A stretch of 64,000 nucleotides of DNA from NCBI RefSeq assembly GCF_022045235.1, contig NW_027266343.1, positions 44,640,001 to 44,704,000 on the forward strand. Reading direction: 5' to 3'. Under the pieces are notes generated by a model. That model was not told the origin of the DNA. It worked only from the letters and a program-made list of their open reading frames with translations, and ran no database searches. The position numbers were made by a program, and so were the translations under genes. This DNA comes from Haliotis cracherodii (Eukaryota). Below are positions 49,489 to 61,400 of the stretch, in pieces (position 1 is the first letter of the stretch; each line of letters starts with the position of its first letter).

Positions 49489-52400
49489 CTTTTTTTAAAA
49501 TGTATTACCTTTGTCAACAATGACTTTGGCAAGACCTCCACAGTGATCTAATCTCTCATTAGCAGCATTGACAATGGCACTGACTTTCATGGTCGTAATG
49601 TCTCCTTCTCTTACATAGATCTTCCTTCCACCCGCTATGTTTGAGACAGCCACTATGGTGGATACTGGCTCTTGAGTGGCTGCATTACCTTGTCCTACGT
49701 GTTTGTCTTCTTCCTCCCCCTTCTCTTCATTAACAACCTCTATGATACATCTTTCAACCTTTTCTACATGAGAAATAATGTGTCCTCCTTGTCCTGTTTT
49801 GAGCATTCTGGCCATGCCAGCTTTTTGTGACAGTTCCTTGTGTGTGATTACTTTGTCGGCCAGGAAGGTCAGTTTCTTTCGGCATTTGTCAATTCCTTCT
49901 TTTGAGCCATTAATAGTGAACTCGGTTCCATTCTCCTGGTATATAATCCGGACATGATAATCCTTCAAATCTTTAGCAATTGTTGCAACTTCTTCTTTGT
50001 AGTGGGCCAGAAGGAATCTGTGCTGCCCTTTAGTAAACGAGAGACGTGTTTCGTCTACGGTGTTGGAGGACAAAAACATTTTGACTTCAGCATAAACACA
50101 TTCCACATCATCCTTGATCCCCACAATGAGTAGATAATTCTTGTCTTGGAGATTATGAATACTGAAGGTGTCAGGCAAATGATCAATCAATGATTTCCGT
50201 AGGCTTTCCCACGATTCTGATTGCATTAGTAACTGCATTTTTCCTTCAAGGGGAACAACTCTTTCCACCACAGTATTAAGGATCATTTCACCAACTTGTC
50301 CCACTTTTTCTGGAGTTGTTGAAATTACTTCTAGTGACGACTCTTTTGCACGCCATGCTGCTACGATGCCAATTTCCTTCAGTTTGTTCCTCAGACCATC
50401 CTCAACTGCCTTCTTCTGAAGCTCAGTTAGTTGCTGTTTGGAAACATGTTCAATCTCTGAAGTTTGCGTTCCATTCACCAGTTCATACATTTTAATCGTT
50501 GCTTCTTTCACAGAGGTTTCTGGACCAGACAGATGGACATCATTTGCATCAAACCTCGCACTCACTCCAGGGAATTGTTTTATAATCTCCTTAAAACCGC
50601 ACTCTCGGAGAAATTTGGCTTTAAGAGGTGCTAAAGGTTTCACAATTTCGGGATTTGGGGGGCCTTTTGAAGATATTCCATGCGCAATATGTTTCTCAAC
50701 TTCTGCCTTGACTTCATTAGCTTTCGTAGGAATGCCAACAATTGCTACGACCTCCTTGTCAGTGTACATCCTTACCTCTGTTTCATCAACATTGACCTGC
50801 ATTAACATTGTATCAATGTTGCCCTTTACTTCCATGGGAATCTGAACCAAGAGATGAAGAACAAATTCACTTATGACCGACCTAGCTGAACTCTTGTAAT
50901 CCATTCCATCAGCAGTTGTAGTTCCACACTCGCTCCCGACTTGACGAAATACGAACAATTGGTTGGACTCATTCAACTTTAATGACAATCCGTAACCACC
51001 TAGTTTTTCTTGAATGTTTCTGAGTACTTTGGGTGACTTCTTCAGAAACCGTGGTACAAGTTGGTCAACACCTTCAAGGGGTATGGCGCCTGACATCTGA
51101 GCTGGTGTGGTGTCATTGGACTCAGGTGACTGCCATCCGACACATTTGTGATGGAGGTAGACTTTTATATTTGCTTCTCCAAGTGTATGCACTCTCTCGC
51201 TGATCTGCTCAACAACTGAGAAGAAAAAAACAGGCAAATATTCAATATATCATTATGTTTCTTTCATGCTTTGTTCTAAATGTATGCATGTAGTATTGAT
51301 ATTATTGAAGCTATCACTATGCAATCCATGGCAAGCATTATTTCTCATATCAGTAATTTATACTGTAAATTCACGGCTCCGAATCTTAAGCGGACCATGT
51401 ACTGTTGCCCCTTGTTCTTCCTCACCTTTGTGGTCAGCGAGATGGACAAGGTAGCATCCACGTTGATCTAATCCTTCCACTTTGACTACCTCTGAACTCG
51501 TATCATTTCCACATTTCCGGGTTTCAAAGTAATCTGAAATTGTCTCCGAGGCAACTGACAATGGGACGCCCTCGACCCTCAGTACTCTGGTGGCAGGTAC
51601 CTTGAACACTGTCACCGCTTTCGTTTTGAAGGGTTTGTTGTTACAAGCTGACTGGAGTTTGGATATATCTGAATGAAGTATGATATATAATTTGTTTGTT
51701 GTTTGTTTATTGTTTAACGCAGTACTCAGCAATATTATTAGCTAAATGACGGCGCTCTGTAATCGAGTCTGGACCAGACAATCCAGTGATTGATATCATG
51801 AGAATTGATCCATGCAATTGGGATACAATGACATGTATCAACCAATTCAGCGAGCCTGACAACAATAACCCATTAGTCTCCTCTTATACCGCAAGCATGG
51901 GTTGCTGAAGACCGGTTCTTCACGGGAGGTATGTGCAAGTACAAAGATAATAGTCAAACATAGCCGTACTTTATCCTCAAAGGTCGACAAAGTGACCATT
52001 TTATTTGATTATTATGAATTCTTCAAGTGATTTATTTGGCAAATTCTAAAATATAACTTTTTATGAAGAATACGATGAACACAGATAAAACATAACCTAT
52101 TTTACACATAATGTATTTAATAAATATAAAAAAATAATGGACAGTTCTTTGTTTTCATGAGAATTTTTAGATTAGATTTTTAGGGAAATTACTAGAAGGC
52201 TGTTTGGAATATGATAATTACACACTATCTAGGTGGTATCCTTTTATAGTTCCAAATATTTGATTTAAAATTGAGATTTGATTATGAGGTTATTTTATGT
52301 ATTACAAACAAAAGCAAAAATACAGGCAGAAGGAAACATCTTTATCCTTTTAATAATTATAGTATTACTTGCTAATAATATGTCGAAATCAAGATATGTA

Positions 52401-55400
52401 CCACGGGAGCCAATCGTATTTACATAAACTTCGATATTTCTCCTTACCAATAGGGTCGCTGAAAGTTACCAACAGCACACCATCTTTGGCTCCTTTGTTG
52501 ACTCCCTTCACATCAGCATTGGCCCTTGCTTGAAGATAGATAGAAAGGTCCTCTGAGTCCTTATCGAGGTGTGCACCTGGATACTTCAAAAGAACTTTGT
52601 CCACATAGACTGGCGTTGGTGTATGAGGTCTTATTTCCGCTTCTTCCTTTGCTATGGTTACTCTTCCCTTCTTGACGAGTCTCTGTGCCACTGTAAATAT
52701 TTAAAAAAAACAATATGTTGTATCTATTACTGAACTCTAAAGGTATATACATAAATTCACTCTTTCACATCATTTAGTGAGTGAGTTAAAATTTTAATCT
52801 CATCGGCAGTCACATCATTTAAAGGAGGAGTCGCAAATGTTATGCCTGAAACAGACCAATGATATTTTATAATTTTAAAACAAAGTGATCGAGGTTAGTT
52901 GTATTAAATAAGTAATTAATTAACTATTTGTAATTTACTGAATTTTCAAGTTGTGTACAAATAACCTTTCAAATATTTACATCATTTCTTTTGTTTCCCA
53001 TGTCGGAAGAAATCTGTGACGTATGTCTACAATCATCCCCATAATCCAGTGTATCATATCCCTATTCCATTATCAGAAATAGTTTGACTTAATCACTACA
53101 ATACCTGAAGTGACGTGACCATCCCCGTCACACTTATTGGTATAATTCTCACAATATATTTCTCTCGCACATGAGTATAATTTGTAACGTCGTCTATTTT
53201 TAGTGTGCATAACCTTCTGGTCTCAAAACGAATGAATGGTGACGAATACAAATATGGTATTTACGTTTAATATTAATTAATATACTGAAAAAATCCCACA
53301 GAATGGTCCAAAATACACAGAAATCAGAAAGAGTGAGCTTTGTTTGATGCCACTTTAAATTGGCGCTGACAAACCTAGAAACATTAATCTGGGATTCGAA
53401 CCCACGATAAGTTTGTGGGACGCCTAAGGGACGCAACTCTCCTTTTTATAAAATACATGAATTGATTTCATTACATTACACGTACCGAACCTAGAAAACG
53501 TACCTGCAGGATCTTTGAATGTAATGAGAAGCATGTTATTTTCCTCGTCATTTTCGAAGTGTTCTACATCTCCTCCTCCTCGTCTTTCGTTTTCAAAATA
53601 ATACTTGAACTTGTCCAAACTTCCTGATGCAAAGTCACATCCATGAACTTCAATCGTTCTCCTGGCAAAAACCAGTTCGTCTGCATCGGGATACTCTAAG
53701 TGGTGAACTGGAACTGTTTAAACACTTGTTAATCCTTAACACAATCAAGGAAGATGAATTTGCTTGACTTTTTACAATCTCAGAAATTCTGTCAAAAGAT
53801 TTGTACACCACAATCCCACATGACAAACATAGGGAAAAACATAATTCCTTGATCCATGTTTTTTGTTTGTTACAAAACGTAGTGATCATAGATACAGTTA
53901 TATATCTATCAGAGGATCGGGTCAATTTGTCAACAACGAAAACAAATGTCATCTGAAGTTTATTGGGAAAACAATATGTAAAATGTTTGACTTCTTCGTT
54001 GATAACGTATATGTAGAATTTGGGGGTAAGGCATTTAGGGAAGAGGTGGGCATCCACATGGGTACCAATTATGATCCCCTGATCTGTTTCTGTGCATTTG
54101 AATCAGAATTTCTGCTCGGATTGGCAAAGTCAAAACAAGGACATTTGGCCATGAAGTCTAACTTAAGTTTAGCCAATTTCCTTCTACTGATTTACCCACC
54201 TGAACTGATATAAACACCAGTGAGACCACTTCATCTGTTTCATATTTTTATCTATTCTCCACAAGACTGTATGAAAAGAGGGATGACGTCATCTTTACCT
54301 TTTTGTGGAGCAGTATTCCTCCAGCCAACATTTCACAACTTTTGAGAGACAATCGAGCATGTTCAAAGAGCCTCATGCGACTCTTGCTAAGAAGTTGTTT
54401 GATCAAGGTTACAACATTCAAGTCCTCAATCAAGTTTTTTTAAAACGGTTTTATGACATTTCCAAATTTGACGTATCAGTGACAAGAATGGTGTCAGATG
54501 CATTTTCCTATTTTTACTTTAACATATGTTGCTGAGTTTGTTTTTGGGTGACCAATTGACTTGCCTTTGCATCTTTTGTGATGGGTGTAAACGGTAGGGC
54601 AGTATCCGCTCGCCCTTTCGCGAACACCTGGTCTCATCACTATTTGATTGTGATTCATAAACACACGCTCGAGATATAGTCGGAATCGTACAATCGACTT
54701 TCATGAACATAAAAAGGGTTTACTATTCAAAGGAATAGCTTTTCACTATAGCTTGGGTTTGTTTGTTTGTTTTCTTTATTCAGTGGAAATGAATACAATC
54801 CCTTACATACCTGACATACCCACGTGGTTAAGGATTATTGGGCCTTATCTTAGCAACTTCTTTCAATAGTGAATGTGACGGTGGGATAGGGTTTGTGCAC
54901 CAGAAAAGAAGAAGGGTGTGGAAGAGGAGATAGGATAGCAATATCTAAGTCAAGAATTGGTCATTTTTTTGTTTAGCTCAACACTGTCTGTGGTATCCAG
55001 ATATGTTTCTATGTTGTGATAATGTTTTATGAAAAATACTTGGCTAAAGACAAGAATAATTTTATTAACGAGAAGTGTTAATGTTTTCAAAGTATTAGAA
55101 CGGTGGTTTTCGAGAATGCTCAATCAGGTTTCTTGTCTCATGAAAGAAAGGATGTTCTGACCTTTCAGATTCACAAACACACCCTTTGCAAGTGTTATCC
55201 AATACAGTACTGAGGGATAAGGTTTATTAGTTTAAAATAGAGACAATGTGCTCCTTTTAATTCTACTACTATTCTTAGGTTTGCAAATGTTTTCAAGTGC
55301 CCAGTATCTGTAAAAAAATATCTTTCAAATATATCTAACACCACTTCCAAACCACAAAAACATTTTTATGACGCCTAGAATTTTAAATGGTTCTTTTGAC

Positions 55401-58400
55401 TGGTGCAATGGTATATTGGGACATAAATGTTCATTTGAATTCTTCCTTGAGCCATTCCAAGTAGCCATATTTTGGTCACAATTGATTCTTAAACACAAAG
55501 CTATAGCAAATGTTCTTAGAATACTTATAAATTCTGGGAGGTTTTCTTCTCATCCCTTTAAAGTAAAGTTGGCATCATCTGCATATTGGATTATTAAAGT
55601 ATTCCATTCATTTGATATCAATACCTTTTTATAGATTTGCTACATTTGATTGAGCTTGAAAGTAGTTCAGCACATATAGTAAATATATGAATCCAAACTC
55701 AACACTATCACTAAAAACATTTTAAACATCTGCAGTAACAAGTAAGCCTGGTATTTCATGTATTTCACAATATTTCTAAATTTTGTATAATATTCGTTTA
55801 TTATCTCCAATAAAACGGCCCTTAAGAAGACCCTATTGTGTCTCACTAATCATATCTGGGAGGGAATGTTTCATCCCATGGGCTATTGTTCCAGGTGCTA
55901 TTTTATAGTCCATGTTGAATAAACTCACTTGACGTCAATTTTTCAAGAAACGTCGATCGCGACCTTATTTAGGGGAGCAGGTAATGATGCCTTGTCATTG
56001 TATTTATAAGCATGTACATATACCAACGTTGTATTAATATCCTTTTACAAAGTCTCATATGTTGGGACAAGGAGTATGACATGCTTTTTAAGATCTGCAG
56101 ATCCGTGAACTAAGCAAAACTAAGTGTAAGTGCTTATTGGATTGTTCTCACCTGTACGTTGCATGGGCAGTTCAGGTGAGTCGTGCATTTCTTGAGGACG
56201 TGGCATAGGGACTGAACTGACTGGGTGGTCGACGGTGATGGACGATAATGGTTGTGTGTATCGAGTAGGTTGAGGTAAACCACTTCCGATGTTTGGCTGA
56301 TTTTGAAAAAGAGGAACTGGCGCAGGTGGTTGTCCTGGGAACCTAGGAATCGAACCATGTGGATACTGGTAATAAGGTGGCCAGTAGTAACCCTGGTTTG
56401 GATTCACAGGATAATGATTCCATGGCGGCGGCCATGGGACTCCTTGAAACGCAGGTGACTCAGCATAAAAAGGCATCCCTGGCGGGTGCGTGGGACGATA
56501 ACCAGGATGAAGTGGCTGCCTTTGTGCAAAACCGTCGGAAAGGTGTTCAATTCCGCTTGTGTTTGGGTAGACCCTGTTCAATGACACGAATGTTCCAGTA
56601 ATACCTCCCCTCCCACCAGCCTCTGGGTTATCTATATTGTAGTTCATTGACTCAAAACCTGACATGGGCGGTTCTTCTAGTATATCCTGACCATGTTGAT
56701 AATCTCCTGGAGATGACCCGAAAGCATTGTTGGACCTCAGAGAATGCATCGTACCCTGTAATATTGTAATGTGAAAAATAATCAGTGAAGCAAGGTTTCA
56801 GATATTTGTAATCTCTAAAGCCCTTAAACTTATTGTCGGCGGTTTTTTAACATGCTATATAATGTTATATATAATAAATACATTACTATTCAAATATTTT
56901 CTGCATAACTACAGATACCAAATGTATTAACAAATATGAACGCAGCTTACTAAAGGTCCATACATTTCTAAATCGGCAAGAATCAATGTACTTTTGTGGA
57001 ATATTGTTGCAATACACAACAGTTAAACGTACTTTACACAATGTTACTATGACCCAAAATACCCGCTTAGAAGAGTATTTCAAACTGTTTCACAAAGAAA
57101 ATCCTCAAGAAATATCATCATAGCGAGAAACACACATGCCAAAGTTCAGGTTCCCCAACTCTGGAAAGTTCATGGAAGATTGTCATATATAACACTGGAG
57201 AGACCATAAGAGCAATATAGTTCTGTCATGTGGTCATTTTGAAAATTAGATTCGAACCTCTTTAAGGCAATTAGGTGTCATCATTGTTGGGAAAAAGTAT
57301 GTGAAATTTCAGCTTTATTCGTCCAGCTGTGAGGTGATGTTTGCAGTGTGAAGAAAATACATTTTGGAAGGACTTGGGCGAGAAAACCCTTTCCATACTT
57401 ATAGGAAATTTACTCTGAATGCAGTTGATTGTTCGATTCTGACTGTATAATCAGCATGTGTTTATTGCAGGTCTTCGCAAAAAGTTAAGCGTATCCTGCC
57501 TCACCGGTGGCACCCGTCACAAACACATGCAAATGCAAGTTAATTCTTCCCCATGACAAACAGGAAATTCTCACTGATGCGTACAATTTGGAACAGTGTT
57601 CCACATGTCTTCCATAAAACGTTTTCAAAGCTTTGATGAAACAACTTTTGAAGCATGGTCAAAGAGCAAAGGTCAAATAAAGGTTCAAATTTAACCCTAT
57701 TACTGACTGTCCACTTACCAAATATTATTAAATTTTAAATATAAAAAGGTTAAAATTTAGATTATTGGAAAACCCAGAATATGTGTGTGCCCAATTACAT
57801 TACATGGCCTCTGTATCAGGCCAGATGAGTTAAACAAAAGACAAACCAGAAGGAAATAAAGCGACAAATCCCTTTCCATATCTGCATAAAGCAGAGTCGA
57901 TTGTACAATTCCGACTATATCATGAGCATATGTTAACTGAACGCTAACTGAACCACACATAACATAATATAAGACATCGTTTCATGGGAAATATTCAGTC
58001 TGACCATGTGTCTGTGCTGTATATACTATGAACATGGATTAGAGAATATAAAGACCTTACATCGAACCTGATAGGGAAAGTGTTTTAGTGTTTCACATAC
58101 CTCAGGTTCCGAAGCAGGTGTCCTCCATTCTTGCGGCACATCTTCAGCTCCACAGGGTGATACAGTCAGCTGACATCCTTGGTAATTTGTAAATACCTTG
58201 ATTGCATTTGCATCTGCAATGGTTAATGGGTTGAAACATATAACTTGTTTACATAGATTGAGTTTATGAAAACTTGTGTTGATAAGTGTAAACATCAATG
58301 TCTTCAAGCCATTGTTACCAAGGCATAGAGCATCTAGGGATCAACAATCTGTCCAGGTAGCCAAAAGTACCTAGTGCCCCTTCTTACGACATTCGTGTCG

Positions 58401-61400
58401 CCAAGGTTACTTTATGGAACAAAGTCTTTATGGTCGTGATGGGTTAAGCGTTAAAATGTCAGAATGCCCGGGATGTCCACCCTGTCATGTGTTGCCCAAA
58501 GTGATAAAAATCTACCACTTTTAACACTCGCTTTGTCATGTATGTACCAAAGAAACGCACATCTCAACTTCGAACCTCATACAATTTATTTATTTGCAAA
58601 TATAAATACACATAGTACTGGAACGACGTGTGTCCAAAAATGTTCCATTCATCGTTTTGGGATACGATCACTGAACAGAAACTGTTCATATCTATGAGAC
58701 AAACTTGCCGGAACGTGTCCTTCATGGCACATGACAAGCACATGGACTGTTGGGTCTCAAAGGTAATGATACAACAAACGTTCATCAGTTGAATGTGTGA
58801 CACCGAATTCACCATGTCCAGATTAGGCACAAACGATTGTATATCTAGCCTTGGGCATGACTGAAACTGGTATCATGGCACAAGGAGTGAAACATATTAC
58901 GATCTATCGCATGAAACATATTCAAGAAGTGTATGACATAACATCAAGTGCGTGTAACAACAGGTGTTTAGAGACTTTCGGGGATTATTTCAGATAAAAC
59001 TACACTATGAAACATGATCATCGTTTATTGCCATATGCACAAATATCATTTTCATGAATCCATTGACCGGGTTTTTAGATGGTTCCAAGCATGAATTCAG
59101 AAGTTAATACCCCAGTGATCACTCGATAATGACATATTTCCACCGAATTCCACTCCTTCACCTTGTCATGTCCCAAGTGCTAGTAGCACCTACTCACAGT
59201 ATGCCCTTTGGGGGCACGGGGGGCTCAGTCGCCTGAGGCGCCGCAATTCGTTGTGATTTCTGTCCCTTTTGCAAGCCAGATACCTATGATTGTGGGTTCG
59301 AATCCCGGTTCGCCCCTATCATGTGTCTAGGTATTTCAGCAACATACACGTACTCGTGTTTTTCACCATAGTGGTTTTCCTCCCACAAGCTGAACATGTG
59401 TTCAAAGCGGGGTTTATCTCAACTCACTCACTCACTCACTGGTATCCCCTTTAATAGGAGGGCAGTAACATCGATTAGTGTAAGGCCCACACCGTGTAAA
59501 TTGACTTTTGTGTAGGACATAGATGTCCCTCCGGCCCAGCACCTGAGTTTTGTGTGGGGACTTATATAGAGGATATTATATGTGTGTTCATGTCATACTA
59601 TGTCTACGACACGAGCGTTTAAATTCCGGTATTTCCCGAGCGAGAGTGAAAATGAACACGAATATAATGTTCTTTTTATTACCGAAGAAGATGTCTACAT
59701 ACAGATTCGAATTTTAGTGTTTACCTATAAGGACAGAAAGTCGCAACAGCAGCGGAACCACAATTTGTCGAATGACGACAAAAATCTTCAGCTATGACGT
59801 CGTTTATAGTGTGACGTCATTCCGACCTCACGTCACAATAACATTCGTGACCAAATCGTGTTATTCCGTGACAAACATGTTACGGAAAGGGGCGAGTAGT
59901 GAATAAGATTCGAATGACATGACCAATGCCGTCCGGATAACGGAAACAGTATAGTGTTGTCTCGTGACGTAATATGGACGAAAACCCTAGGGCACTTATG
60001 ACTTTTCTGAACTCAGATATGCGCCTGTGTTTTGTGTAACGATAAATAATAGGGGCTATTATAATCGTGTTGATGCCATAGAAAGGATTCATTTATATGT
60101 TTGCAAAAAGTATTTAGGTGTTAAAATAAACACTTCCAGCTTGGTGGTGTATGGAGAATGTAGAAGATTCCCTCTCTATGTATATTCAAATATAAAAATT
60201 ATTAAATACTGGCTGAGACTTATTGACATGCCCTCATATAGATTGCCAAAACAGTGTTATAATATGATGATAGTTTATGATAATAATGGGAAAAGAAACT
60301 GGGTTACAAGTGTTAGAGAATTACTTTTCAGTTGTGGCTTTGGTGATATTTGGCAAAACCAAAATGTGTATTCCAAATCAATGTTTATACTTTCATTAAC
60401 CCAGACAATTAAAGGATATTTATTTACAATCTTGGACTGCATCATTGACTCTAACAAACAAATGCTTTTATTACAAAATGTTTAAATCAGAAATAATTAT
60501 GAAGATTATTTATCAAAAGTTAATGTTAAAAAATTCCGAACGGCTCTTTCACGTTTTAGATGTTCTTCTCACGACCTTTTAATAGAAACAGGGCGCTATG
60601 TAAACATTCCTCGTGAAAAAAGAATCTGTAATCTATGTAGTTTAAACTCAGTAGAAGATGAATTTCATTTCTTACTTGTATGTCCAGTGTATTTACACCT
60701 TAGAGAAAAATACCTGCAAGCTTATTATTACAGGTACCCTAATATTATTAAATTTGTTACATTGCTGTCAAACACAAAAAGAAGTATCTTACAAAATGTT
60801 TCCATGTACATATATTATGCCTCTTTATACCAACAGAACCTTATGAAAGAATAATCTTAGCTGCTTGGTATTAGGAAACTATTGTGTATATACATTAAGT
60901 ACATATTTATAGATATTTGCCATCTGAATAACTACAAACAAAAGAGTTAGAAATGGTATTAAACTACTAGGCTGTCATATGATATTGTGGGACGCGATAT
61001 TACAAATGGTCAAGTATAGTTATATGTATATGAAATGATATGATGTGACATGACATGATGTGAAGTGTTGTGGTGTGATATGATACATGAGGGGATATGA
61101 TGCAATATATTATGTGTATTATAGAAATTGTGTAAATACTGTTTTTTAATGTACATATTATATGGCTTGCGGTCTTCCAGTGTTGAATAAATATTGATTG
61201 ATTGATATGAAATAAATTGGCATGGAATGACATGGCATTATATGGTATGATATGATAAGATATGATGGGACAAGCTATGACATTGCTAATGTGTTGTGTG
61301 ATATGACATGTTGAAATGTGATACAATATAGTTGTGATATATGGTACGATGGTATGTATAGTATGTTATGATAATGTTAAATGAAATATTACTATATAGT

